A stretch of DNA of 64,000 bases, taken from Chiloscyllium plagiosum (taxonomy: Eukaryota). The DNA is taken from contig NC_057752.1 in the NCBI RefSeq assembly GCF_004010195.1, positions 5,721,055 through 5,785,054 of the forward strand, given 5' to 3'. The position numbers were made by a program, and so were the translations under genes. Positions 1 through 11,860 of this stretch are shown here, one piece after another. Under the pieces are notes generated by a model. That model was given only the letters and a program-made list of their open reading frames with translations, was not told where the DNA came from and made no database searches. How positions within the stretch are numbered: position 1 is the stretch's first letter; each line of letters begins with the position of its first letter.

Positions 1-110
1 CCCCTCTGACAGTTCTTCCCCCCCCATACCCCTCTGACAGTTCCTCCCCCCTCCCCAACATACCCCTCTGACAGTTCTCCCGTGCCCAATTAACTCTGAC
101 CCCCGGGAGA
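1..110. repeat. C-rich tandem repeat (about 30 bp unit, core CCCCTCTGACAGTTC) in the Wnt1 3' UTR
   Basis: Core at 1, 29 and 63 plus a partial copy near 94. Probably continues beyond the window edge. Confidence 0.8.
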
Positions 111-124
111 AAGCTGTCTGACCC

Positions 125-613
125 TCAGAGGCACTCATGCAGCGTTTGTGTCGTTGTACAGTTTAAGCAGCTGACATGGCAGCACCAATGGAAAGTGCAG
201 TGACATCTCTCGGTGACCCTCTCGGTCAGGGTACGGAATCCCCTCCCACAGCACAGTAAGTCACAGCCGTCCAGACCTAGGGAGGTGTTATTGCAAACTC
301 GGCCTGTTGTACCTGTGGTGCCTATTTTGCTATTTGCAGTGCAGAAGTTGGGCGACTTCTCGAAGTAGACCAGGTCTTGGGGGGAGTGCGGCTTGTGAGC
401 GGGGTTCTCGGGCTCCAGGTGCCGCATATCCGCTCGGGAAGCCCGGTTACTGCCCTTGTTGCCGTAGATCACTCGGGAGGCTCCATCAAACCGGTCCTTC
501 AGCAAATTACCCACCGTCCGAAAGGTGGGGAGCCGCATCCAACAGGTTTTAACCGTGCAAGAGCCAGACATCCCATGGCACTTACACTCCTGTCTCATCT
601 CGGCATGGACTGT
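125..613 (-). CDS. wnt1: Wnt1 last coding exon (exon 4), 489 bp including stop
   Basis: Acceptor ttcacag at 614-620 is followed by [29 protein letters not shown]...[14 protein letters not shown]...HECL and TGA at 125-127. Contains the Wnt lipidation motif CKCHGxSGSC and the Wnt1-type linker ([17 protein letters not shown]). Phase-0 join to exon 3. Confidence 0.97.
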   Translation of the reverse strand, partial: TVHAEMRQECKCHGMSGSCTVKTCWMRLPTFRTVGNLLKDRFDGASRVIYGNKGSNRASRADMRHLEPENPAHKPHSPQDLVYFEKSPNFCTANSKIGTTGTTGRVCNNTSLGLDGCDLLCCGRGFRTLTERVTERCHCTFHWCCHVSCLNCTTTQTLHECL

Positions 614-854
614 CTGTGAAATTGATAAATAGTAATCAGTATCTGCTTGTTGGAAAGCAGGGCGCTCAGCATTCATGCTCCTCCAATGAGTGTTGCCGAA
701 CACAGACTCAGGTCTCAGCTGCTGTGAACTCAACAGCTCTCGATTTGGTGAGGAACTGTAGGCTGGACCCCCCCACAAGCGCAGATTGACGGAAACCTTA
801 CACGTGCAGAGCTGCAGTGGCATTTTAGTAGTGCATCCTCTAAACAGTGAAAGG

Positions 855-1150
855 AAACGTTTGCATTTATATAGCACCTTGCATGACCTCCGACGCCCCA
901 ATCTGCTTCGCTGCTCATTGAGTATTGACTTATGTCGCAATGGAAAGGCAGCAGCCAGTCTGGACAGGGAGAACTCCCCTCACTCTGCTTTGAAACAGTG
1001 TCACGGGAACACTGTTCCCCCTCTCAACTGGATGCAGGGTTTTGTTTTGACCTTGCTTGCAAAAGCTTGTACCTCTGACAATGCAGCATTCCACTAAAGT
1101 GTTTATCTCGATTAGATCTTTGGTGGGACTTGAGGCAGATGAAGTGTTAG
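855..1150 (-). mobile_element. Decayed Deu-domain SINE (SacSINE1/AmnSINE1-like)
   Basis: Minus strand ends in GCTATATAAATGCAAAC and contains GGGGAGTTCTCCC, resembling the remembered DeuSINE consensus. Same tail as the copy at 54400-54595. Confidence 0.55.
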
Positions 1151-1404
1151 GGTTCAGCCCTGTTTGGCAATCAGATGAAAATTCCAGTAAAACTTGGGTT
1201 ATTTTGGCGTTGATAGTAACTCATTCAAGCTGAAGAATTACACATTATTATAAGCTCTAGATGAGTTCAAAACAGAAACCAATCACAAATAATTCCTGTA
1301 TATTAATTCTTTCTATTGTACCTGGAGTAAATATGGAGATTATGTATGATATAACATTGGTTTGTGATGTAGTACTATTGATTATAATCATTCTTTTTAA
1401 AAAA

Positions 1405-1575
1405 ATTCATTCATGGGATGTGTGTGTCACTGACAATGTTGCCTATCCCTAATTGCCCTTGAACTGAGTGGCTTGCTCAGTCATTTCAAAGAGCAGTTAA
1501 GAGCCAACCATGTTGCTGCTATGTGTAGGCCATACCAGGTAAGAATAACAGATTTTCTTCCCATTTGTGAACCAG
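1405..1575. repeat. Short interspersed repeat (GCCC/TATCCCTAATTGCCCTT...GGCCAGACCAGGTAAG family)
   Basis: Related copies at about 39580-39850, 45370-45640, 47110-47280, 56690-56800 and 60250-60420. Confidence 0.6.
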
Positions 1576-1609
1576 TACTGCATTCAGTTTTGCTCACGAT
1601 ATTTTAGGA

Positions 1610-1960
1610 AGGATCTAATTACTCCAGAGAGGATGCAAAGAGATTTACCAGGATACTGCCTGAAGGGTCTGAGCTATGAGGAAAGATTGGATAATCTGGA
1701 CTTGTTTTCCTTGGAGTAGCTAAGATTGAGAGGGACCTGAGAGAAGTGTAGAAAATGATGAAGGGCATATGTAAGGTGGACCGGAAGACACTTTTTTCAT
1801 TTGTAGAGGGGTCAATAACAAGGGGCATGGATGTCAGGTAAGAGGTTGAAGGCTAAAAGGAGAGATTAGGAGACTGTCACCTGAAGATGTTGAGAGTCTG
1901 GAACTCACTGCCTGAAAGGGTGGTTGAGTCCGATATTTGTTGTCTAGCACGGACACAATG
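1610..1960 (+). mobile_element. Decayed CR1 LINE 3' fragment
   Basis: Degenerate version of the RFTRMLPG..SYEERL..LGLFSL block seen in the other CR1 copies. Confidence 0.7.
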
Positions 1961-2392
1961 GGCTGAATGTTGATGGGAACCAGATTTTGAAATGACAAAA
2001 AAAAGGATGGTTTCAGGATCACTATTACTGAGGCTAGCTTTCACTTCCAGGATTTTTTAATTTTTTTTTTTACACACTATCTGTTCAGAGTTGTTGTTAC
2101 ACTCCTCTGGAGAAGGTGGAGCTTAAACCTGGGGCTCCTGGCTTGGAGGTAGGGAAAGTACCACTGCATTACAAGAATCCCCAGAATTGTTTTATATAAA
2201 ACATAATATATATCTTGAAGTGCTTTCACTTGCAACTGAATGGCATTTTTCCCACCATTAAATACTTTGCTTCTATTATCTACCAGCAATAATCACCTGT
2301 GTTTCCAATTACTCAAATTATATGCAGTTCCTATTAATGGCAATGTAACAACATCAGAGATGAAGGATTCTCACTAGCCTCGTGACATTACC

Positions 2393-3130
2393 ATGACATG
2401 GCAGATGGAGTTCAATTTGGATAAATGCAAGGTATTGCATTTTGATACGACACACAGGAGCAGGACTTATACAGTTAATGCTAGGGCATTGGGTAGTGTT
2501 GTAGAACAAAGGGACCCAGGAATTCAGGTACATAATTCTTTGAAATTTGCATCAAATATAGACAAGCTAGTTAAAAAGGAATTTTGCATGCGTACCTTCA
2601 TTGCTCAGTTCTTTGAGTAGAGAAGTTCGGAAGTCATGTTGAGGTTGTGCAGGACGTTGGTGAGGCCTCTTCAGGATAAGTTTGTCCAGCTCTGGTCGCC
2701 CAGTTACAGGAATGATATTATTAATTTAGAGAGGGTTCAGAAAAGATTTACCGGGATGTTGCAGGGTATGGAAAGTTTGAGTTGTAAGGAAAGGCTGGAA
2801 AAGCTGGGACATTTTTCATTGGGGTGTAGGAGGTTGAGAGGTGACCTTATAGAGGTTTAAAATATCACAAGGGGTATAGATAGGGTTAATGGTAGGTACC
2901 TTTTCCCTCAGGTGGGGGACTTTCAAGACTATGGGCCATATTTTTAAGGTGAGAGGAGAGATATTTAAAAAAGACATGAGAGCAATTGTTTTTATACAGA
3001 GGGTGATTTGCATGTAGAATGAACTTCCTGAGAAAGTGGTGGATGCGGGTACAGTTACAACGTTGAGAAGACATTTAGATAAGTGCATGAATAGGAAAAG
3101 TTTGGAGGGATATGGGCTGGAAGGATGGAC
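2393..3130 (+). mobile_element. CR1-type LINE 3' end (5'-truncated)
   Basis: ORF2 C-terminal peptides WQMEFNLDKCKVLHF and LERVQKRFTGML...RLRGDLIEV, with stops. Confidence 0.9.
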
Positions 3131-3497
3131 TATTAAATACATAGTCTGTCTCCAGAGTAACAATTCAAATGACCCCATGCTTACTACACATGCATCCAAC
3201 TATACCTCCCCCGGACTCTGCCTACTGGCCCAACCCCTTTCTCTCCTGCTGGTTTCCCCACATTGGATCCAATGCAACCTTCCCATCCCTGACAGGGACG
3301 TCAGACCCAACCCAAACTCCCTCTGTGCTCCCCCCACTCCCGTTTCCACCACCACTAGACCCAAATCGTTTTCCCCACTGCCACTGCAAAGGAAAGCCCC
3401 AGACCTGAAACCCACCACGCTGCTCCCTACCAGGTCCAATTTCTCCCACCACCCTGACTTACACTAAACACTGCAGCACTTACCTTGCTTACTTTAC

Positions 3498-3690
3498 GAG
3501 AGAAAGTAAGAACTGCAGATGCTGGAGATCAGATTTGAAAAGTTTGGCACTGGAAAAGCACAGCAGGTCAGACAGCATCCAAGGAGCAGGAGAGTCGACG
3601 TTTCGGGCATAAGCCCTTCACCAGCCTTTCCTGATGAAGGGCTTATGCCCGAAACGTCGACTCTCCTACTCCTTGGATGCTCCAGCGCCA
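3498..3690. mobile_element. Palindromic Penelope-derived short element with hammerhead-like motifs
   Basis: 47-nt inverted arms at 3574-3620 and 3635-3681. CTGATGA-A-GGGC-TTAT-GCCC-GAA-ACGT-C at 3631-3658. Same family at 37643-37852 and 61275-61405. Confidence 0.7.
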
Positions 3691-4139
3691 AACTTGTCAA
3701 CTTTTGCTTACCTTATGCCCTGGCCATTGGTACTATGCCCCCTCCCCACTAACCACCCTACCCACCTATCACCTGACATAGCTGGCACTCTACTAACCTG
3801 GTATCCTATCCCCTACCCATCTTATCCCAGCACCCTAACCCTTCCACAGCTGGCACTTCCCAGCTGACAACTGTTTTGCTCCATAAAGGGCTTGTTGGAA
3901 TGGAAGGATGGCTCCACATTTCGAAAGGAACTCTGAACAGAATTCCCTTTCAGAAAAGCGGAGCTCATTTCTTTCATAAAAAAGCAATGGGATGGTAATC
4001 TGTGTGAGAGTGACCCCTCCCCCACCACTTCCAGAAAATCTAGCCCAATTTTTTTGTTTGGAAAGTTGCACTAAGAAACAACTTCCCCACATTTTCCTCT
4101 TATGAAACTTGTATGTATTAAAGAGGTCACCTAAACCCC

Positions 4140-6310
4140 AGAGGCCCAATCAATCAATCTGTCCTTGAGAAAATTCCTCCATACTCAGGATCAACCTAAA
4201 AAACCTTCTGTGGACTACCTCCAATGCCAGAACATCTTTCCTTAGTTAAAGGGACCAAAACTGTTCACAGTACTCCAGCTGTTTGACTAGTGCCTTGTAT
4301 AGATTTAGCAAGACCTCCTTCCTTTAACATTCCATTCCCTTTGAGATAAAGTTCAACAATCCATTTGCCTTCCCGATTACCTGCTAAACTTGTGTGTTAC
4401 TTTTTTGTGGTTTATGCAGGAGGATCCCTAAATCCCTCTGTGTTGTAGCTTTCTGTAGTCTTTCTCCATTTAGACAATATTCCTCTTCTTTCTGCAAAAG
4501 TGCACGACCTGACATTTTCCACACTGTATTTCAACTGCTACGGTTTTACCTACTCACTTAACTTGTCTATATCCCTCTGCAGACACGTCTCATCCTCAAT
4601 ACTTACTTTCCCAACTATTTTTGTGGCTTTTGCAAACTTAGCAATAGTGCATTGTAAGTAATTGTGACCCCAACACTGATCCTTGTGGCCCTCCAGTTAC
4701 AGATTTCCATCTTGAAAACACATCCCCTGTCCCAACTTTGTATTACATCAATTAGCAAATTTTCTATTGGTGCCAATATACTACCCTTAATACCACAGCC
4801 TCTTTCCTTATTAAGTAGTTTTATGTGTGGTACTTTATCAAATACCTTCTGGAAATTTAAACATATTACATCTTCTGGTTCCATTCTTATCTATCCAACT
4901 TGTAACTTCAAAGAATTGTAATAACATTTCCTGACTTGATATCCCTTTCATGAAGCCATGCTGACTCTGCTTGATTGTATTATATATTTCTAAATACTCT
5001 GTCATTACATCCTTTTATAGACTCTAACATATCCCCAATGACAGACATTAAGCTAATTCACCTATTATCTGTTTTTTGTCTCCTTCCGTTTTTTTAAATA
5101 AAGGTGTTACATTGGCAGTTTTCTAAACCTCTGGGATTTTTCCAGAATCTAAGGATTCTTGGAAGATTACTATCTTTATAACCATTATCTCTGTAGTTAT
5201 TTCCTTTAATATCCTAGGATGCAACCCATCAGGACTAGGAGATCTATCCAACTTTAGCCCCATTATCTTCCTTGATTAGATTAGATTACCCACAGTGTGG
5301 AAACAGGCCCTTCGGCCCAACAAATCCACATCGACCCTCCGAAGAGATTGTGCAAACTCCACACAGACAGTTGCCTGAGACGGGAATTGAACCTGGGACT
5401 CTGGCGCTGTGAGGCAGTAGTGCTAACCACTGTGCCACCGTGCTGGCCTGGTAGTTTTTCTCTAATGATAGTTATTGTATTTATTTCCTTCCCTCACTTT
5501 TCCCCTTGATTATTTCGCATTTTTGGAATTACTAGTAACTTCTACTGTGAAAATTGATGCAAAGTATTTAGTCAACTCCTTTGCCATTTCTTGATTCCCC
5601 AATATTAATTCCTCAGCTTCATTCTCTAAGAGGCCCATGTTTGCTTTGGTTTCTCTCTTCCTTTTTATATGTTGACAGAACCTCATCTTTCTGTTTTGAT
5701 ATTATGTGCTAGTTTACCCTCCATGTTTATTTTCTCCCTGTTTTATTGTTGGTTTCTAAAACTATTCCAATCCTGTGAGGTTGACCACCAATCTTTGCCA
5801 CGTTGTATGCTTTTTTTCTTTCAATTTGATACGAACCTGAATTTCCTTAGTTAACCACAGTTGGTTTATTCCTTTTCTAGGATCCTTCTTCCTCATTGGA
5901 ATATGTCTTTGCTGAGAGCCATGAACTATTTTCTTAAATGCTTGTTATTGTTCATCATCAATTTTTTCTGCTAAACTCTTCCCAGTCCACTCCAGCCAAC
6001 TCTGCCCTCATCCCTTTGTTTAAGTTTTTTAAAGTTTAGCGCTGCTGTTTCTGATCCAAATTTTGTGCTCTCAAATGGAATGCTAAATTCTCCTAAGTTA
6101 TGGTCACTGTTTCCTTGAGGATATTTTACTCTGAAGTAATTTATTAAATCTACCCCATCACCAGATCCAAAATATCCCAATTGCTGATAAGTTCCAGGCA
6201 TATTGTCCTAGGAAACTGTCCTGATTACACTCAATGAATTGTTCCTGATGACCACCTTTGCCAATTTGAATTTCCAAATTTGTATTAAGATTAAAGTCAC
6301 CCATGATTAT
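4140..6310 (-). mobile_element. Decayed CR1 LINE (endonuclease-RT fragments), interrupted by a SINE
   Basis: Peptide DVICLNFQKVFDKVPH (RT motif D.KAFD.VPH) and further degraded ORF2 on the minus strand. Confidence 0.85.
5276..5445 (-). mobile_element. tRNA-derived SINE, HE1-like, internally deleted
   Basis: Minus-strand head with A-box TGGCACAGTGG and B-box GGTTCAATTCC, and a (TCTAA)n tail. Confidence 0.8.
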
Positions 6311-6559
6311 GGACCCATGAATTGGATATTGGATGAAATATTAACAGATATGGTTATCTCAGTCAGCGCTTTTTCTATGGAACTTTGAGGTGACACCTTG
6401 TGGTGTGACACCTCTGTGACCATACTTTCTCATGTGAAATCTTTAAAATATGTGATTGGAGAGATGCACTATAGTATCAATAGTATAATTATAATTGTTG
6501 GACCTCCTGTGAAATTTTTAATTAAAGTGAATTAATCAACTAAATATTTAAGATCAAGA

Positions 6560-6790
6560 GATATTCTTTTCTCTCAGAGGTTAGTGGGTCTTTGGAATTC
6601 CTTGCCTTGAAAGATGGTGGAAGCAGAGTCTTTGAATATTTTGAAGCTTATGGTAGATGGATTTTTGTTAAACAAGGGGGTGAAAGTTTATCGGGGGTTG
6701 GCAAGAATGTGGAATAATCAGATTAGTCATGATCTCATTGAATGGAGAAGCTTGCTTACGGCATCAAATGGCCTATTGCACTCCATGTGC
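6560..6790 (+). mobile_element. CR1 LINE 3' tail fragment
   Basis: FSQRL..LWNSL..VEAESL block plus 3' UTR, matching the tails of other CR1 copies in the window. Confidence 0.7.
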
Positions 6791-9406
6791 ATATGTAAAA
6801 GTTAAATTAAATGCATAAATTGTTTACCTTCCCTACAAAAAGAACTGCAAAAAATGGGACTGTGCACATAATGCATTGGTTACAAGAGTAAACACCCCTT
6901 TTCCAAATCTTTCAATACTTTTACCTGTCCAAATTACCTCAGACTCAAAAGTTCATCCTTACTTTGTCTTGTCATTCTACTACAAAATAAAAATTGCTGC
7001 TGCCTTCAAAGGTTGTCATAATAAGCTTTACTTCTAACAACTAATGTTAAAAGAACATATGAGCATGGCATGCAAACAGCAAGTGCTACTGCAATCCATA
7101 AAATGGTTGTTCTTGCTGACAGTCATTATAGAAGAATCTTGTTGATTATGCATCATCAGAAGGGAGGTGTAGGCTGGGGCACAATTCTGGGAATTCTATC
7201 CAAAGGGTTGCACGTGTGCATTCTGGAAATTCCAGTCCACCACCTTACAGAAATTCTCCAATCAGTGATGACTGAGCGTAGCCCTTTTACGTCAACTTCT
7301 AGGTGCTCAAATGAAAGCCTCTGGAGGGAGCCCTTAAACAAGTGGTTTCATACATAGCAAAGGCAAATGTGGGAGTATATTTTAAAAATTGGGCAATCTT
7401 TGTTTGCTAAATATAGTTTCTATCCTATGTCACACTATGTTCCTCAAGTCACTGATCCAAAAAGATGGCTGTTGAAACAATATAAAAATGTTTTGACTGA
7501 TTTCACTGGCTATCAATCATTTGGTAAAGGTTTGACTATTGTTTCTTGATTAGCCATTTCTAATCCTGTTTGTTATTTATTGATTGCTGCATTTCTTGTC
7601 TGTTCAGTTGAGCTTTGTTAATATATTATGAAGCAATAGTTTGCCAAAGGTGCAAATATGAGGTAGGCTGCTAATTGTTTTTTTTATGACAGTTACTTTA
7701 AATGGGACAGTATTTGTTTTTTTTTAGGAATGATATAATTAAGAGATGTTTCTTTATGTTGAATCAGATGTTGTTCTGTTGCACAATGAGTAAGAGGCAA
7801 GTTGGGAAAACATAAATACTGAAAGAATTGAGAAAGAGGTTTGTCTGCTGTACCCAGCATTTGAAAATACATTTCCAGTAAAGTTAGGGGAAAATAAGTG
7901 AACACTATTTACTTATCCACTGCATGATGAGAAATAACTTTAAGGAAGCCTGTCATATCTCCCATTTACATAAATAAATCTACCTAATATGGGGGAGCAG
8001 CTCCATCTGTTTAGGTCATGGCTTTCTTGATACTGCAGAGAAACATATAACTGATAATTGACATTTTTACTTTTTTATAACATAACGGAGCAACCATATG
8101 CCGTGAAACTCTGCTTAAATAACAGATTTCAGTCACCTTTCTTCAGAACTAAATCTGAGCAATGGTGCAATCCATGCACTTGTTAGTACCCATAATAGGG
8201 ATCAATTTCTTTTCCCTTAGATTCCTTTTGCATTTTGACATAAACATAAAGAAAACTTGCAGCTGGTGTAACCATTAGCTTGAAACTTTAAAAATACAAG
8301 GACCTACTCAGAGTCATTTTGACTGAGGTTCTTCCTCACTTCAAGTTGATCAAAGTTTCTATGCTTATAGTCATTTGGTGGCACTGAACTTGCAGATTAC
8401 TGAAAAAGACACCCATTTTGAAGCTTTTCATCTTGCACTCAGGGCAATTCACAAGAATGTAAATATAAAGAGGCAGTTAGATCTAACTGGCACATTCTCC
8501 ATGGAAATGCCTCTACCAATCAAATTCCACTTACCCAACCTCCCTTTCATCAGAAGATCAGAAGCAGAGATGTGCAATATTCAGCAAACAACATTCAGTA
8601 CCATTCATGACTGTTCATGTACTGAAGCAGTTCATGATTAAATGTCGCTATATTCAGACAAGTGGCAAGTAACGTTTGTGCTAGACAAGTGCCAGGGAAT
8701 GACCATCACCACAAGAGAGAAACTAACCATTGCCTCTTAATATACATCATCACTGAATTACCCCACTATCAACATCTTGGGGGTTACCATTGATTAGAAA
8801 CTGAACTGGACCTGCCATATAAATATGGTAGCTACAAATGCAGGAGGGAGGCTAGAAATACTGCAGCAAGTAACTCACCTCCTGACTCCCCAAAAACTGG
8901 CCAAGACACAAGGCAGGAGTGTAATGAAATACTCCCCACTTGCCAGGATGAGGAAACTCCAACAACACTCAACAAGCTTGATACCATCCAAGACACAGCA
9001 GCCCGCTTGATTGGCACCACGTCCATACGCATTCAGTCCCTCCACCGCCAATGCATAGTAGCAGCAGTGTGTACCATCTACAAGATGCACTGCAGCAATT
9101 CACCAAGGATCCTTTGACTGCACCTTCCAAACCTAGGACCACTTCCATCTAGAAGGACAAGGGCAGCATTTACATGGGAACACCACCACTTGAAACTTCC
9201 TCTGAAAGCCACTCACCATCCTGACTTGAAAATATATTGTCATTCTTTCAGTGTCACTGGATCAAAATCCTGGATTTCTCTCCCTAACGGCACTGTGGGT
9301 GTGCCTATGGAACATGGGCTGCAATGGTTCAAGAATGCAGCTCACCATCTCCTTAAGGGCATCTAGGAATGGGGAATAAATCCTGACCCAGCCAGTGAAG
9401 TCCACA

Positions 9407-9626
9407 AACTCCATCAACAAACACATCGACCTGGACCCAATATACCGGCCACTACAGCAGACAGCTGAAACTGACAACCGGAAGCGGCAGGGACAAGCCA
9501 CTATAAATGCCGGAGGAAACACCACAGAAGCGCTTCACAGGAGACTCCCAAGCACTGAGGATGTCACCTCGACAGGGGACGAAACGTTTGCAACAAAAAT
9601 TTCCAGCTCGGCGAACAGAACCACAG
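9407..9626 (+). mobile_element. Penelope-like element 3' end / pseudo-LTR
   Basis: Encodes NSINKHIDLDPIYRPL, resembling a Penelope ORF C-terminus. Flanked by a 14-bp direct repeat CAGTGA(A/G)GTCCACA at 9393-9406 and 9627-9640. Contains a hammerhead motif. Confidence 0.8.
9552..9591 (+). ncRNA. Minimal type-I hammerhead ribozyme motif
   Basis: Stem I GCA/TGC; core CTGAGGA; stem II GTCACCT/AGGGGAC with one mismatch; GAA; palindromic ACGT stem III; GUU cleavage triplet. Activity untested. Confidence 0.7.
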
Positions 9627-10849
9627 CAGTGAGGTCCACATCCCATTAATAAATGAAAAAATAAAGTAGCCCTCATAAAACTGTACAAAACTTTTCCTCT
9701 TTTCATTGATATTCCCACGAATGTCCTGATGAGTGGAAGATAAAAAAAGTGTCTTCCTTCAGTAATACTCAAGTTTCTGGGCTTACTGATCGTCATTGTG
9801 GAAAAACATACAACATCTGTGATTTCCAACTTACATCAGGAAGGGGTTGGAAGTGTGTATACTTCACCTTGTGATATTTTATGCAAGGAAGGAAGGCGTA
9901 ATGCAGTGAGGCAGCACAAATGCCTATAGTGGTCAACTACCTTGTTGGGTCTCGTCAGTTGAGACTGAGTTTAAGATTTGGGCTCGGTGGCAGTGGTGGA
10001 GCCGTTTCTCAGGATTTCTGAGACTGAATCACATCTTTTGTAAATGTTGTGGCTGTTATTATGTTCAGGATATTGGCCCTGAATTTCAACAATGGTTTGT
10101 CCTAATCTCTCTAAAGTCAGACAGACATCAAAGACCCCCAGGGATGAAGTGATGTGCTTTATCACCAGGCCTTCTGTGATCTTCTGTTGAAAATGCAACA
10201 AATGATTGGAACAGCCCTTCAGAAGAGATTCCTTATTTCTAATCATAAGTCTTCAGTTTAATAGAAAAACCATAATGGCAACAGAAACAATCTTCAATAA
10301 ATTATTTTGATCAATTCCATTGAATGTTCCTCTTCATTTTATTGGCATATTTTATTGAGCCTCATGTATTCTTTGGTTTGTAGATGTCCTTTTAACAGTT
10401 CTACATTGGCAGTTTGTCTACTTGCATCCTGCGTATTTCTTTTTTCCCTCCCCAGATCCACTATTGTAGATCAGTGCTGCTTTAAGAATATGAAATTTGA
10501 GCAAATGAGCTGCACAAATTTTTACAATCTAAATGTGATATTATAGATAAAAGGTGAGCAGCAAGTAAAATGGACATTACTAAAATAGAGAAATGGATTA
10601 AACTATCTATTGTCTTCAAGATGGTATTAAATGGTCTATTTTCTGTGTACACTAGAAGTCTAACTTGCCAATAAAGAAAATTCACTTTTCATTAAAACAT
10701 ATCTATGGTATGTGTGAGCAACAAATTCATTTCAATGGGTTAGGAAATCTTTACTTTCTTCGAATCAGTCAAGTAATTATTCCTTAGAATTTAGGTGTTG
10801 CTTTTGATCAATTGATCTAATTCAATTCAATTCAATTCCGTTCAACCAC

Positions 10850-11190
10850 TGGAGGTAAAACTTCCTAGTTTCAAATCCTACTCCAAATATCTGACCACAC
10901 TAGCTGGTGGATGCTGCCATGTCAGTAGTGTGGTCTGTTGTGACAAGATGTTAAACCAAGGCTCGGTCTGCCCTCTTAGGTGAATATGAAAGACTTTCGA
11001 GCCAAAGCAGCAGAGACCTGGCCAATGTTTCTCCCTTCAATTGATATCACTTAAAAACAGATTCTCTGGTAATTTATTTCATTGCTGTTTGTGCGAGTCT
11101 GCTGTGTGTGAATCACCTTTCCTACATTACCACAGTAACTCCACTTCAAAAATGCTTTAGGATCTGCTGAATTTGTGAAGGCTGCTTCGT
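10850..11190 (+). mobile_element. Deu-domain SINE (SacSINE1-like), decayed
   Basis: GATGTTAAACCAAGGC, CCTGGCCAATGTTT, CATTGCTGTTTGTG and TTTCCTACATTAC blocks occur in the DeuSINE order as I recall the consensus. Confidence 0.65.
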
Positions 11191-11860
11191 GAAGATGTAC
11201 ATGTACATGTTGGAGTTGGAGTGTTTTTCTGCGCAGAACTCTTTAAAAAAATATTTCTGAGCATGAGATATTGCAAGTCTCTGCAACTATGCCTTTTGAG
11301 ATCTGCTCACCCGTTAATGTGTATATAAAGGCTTGTACATGCATACCATTCCTTTAAAGTGTACATTTTCAGCATGCAACACTTACTCTCATATTTATCC
11401 TTGACAGTCATGAAGAGTCAATTGTATCAATTCAATTATTGCCATCCTGCTTGTTAACACACTGAGCGTCTATTGAGTGCACCTACCTATGTCTCCCAAG
11501 TTAGGTGGCACGCTACCATTCATGATACTTAACTCTGGTTAGGTAGCCTCTCTCATGAGAACCTGTTCCATAGTTTTGAAACTCCTCAGTAAAGACGTTA
11601 CCAATATAGAAGATACTTTTGAAAACTCCTCAATACTGCTTCTTTTTGGTTTCCATCAACAAAAACGTATCCTTAATATTTGCGCCAACATTAAATAAGA
11701 AAGACTGTAAGAGAAACAGGCTCACTTAACTTGAGAGTTCAATTGATAAATGGTCCTGTTTCAGGTGCAAATGACCTCAGTTAATGTTATGCTTAATTAA
11801 ATTGCCAACTTTATCTTTATCCTCTGACTTTGTGTCATCACGTTAACTGCCAGCTGTACA

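Larger units (their letters stand above)
8640..9660 (+). mobile_element. Non-LTR retrotransposon 3' end (CR1/L2 group), interrupted by a Penelope fragment
   Basis: Degraded KWQV.F...KC, ILGVTID.KL.W..HI and RSVMKYSP blocks typical of the region after RT, ending in an A-rich tail. Confidence 0.65.

Noticed and set aside
614..940. N-terminal 108 aa of ORF 125..940
   Set aside because: Intron read-through. Wnt homology starts exactly at the acceptor at 613.
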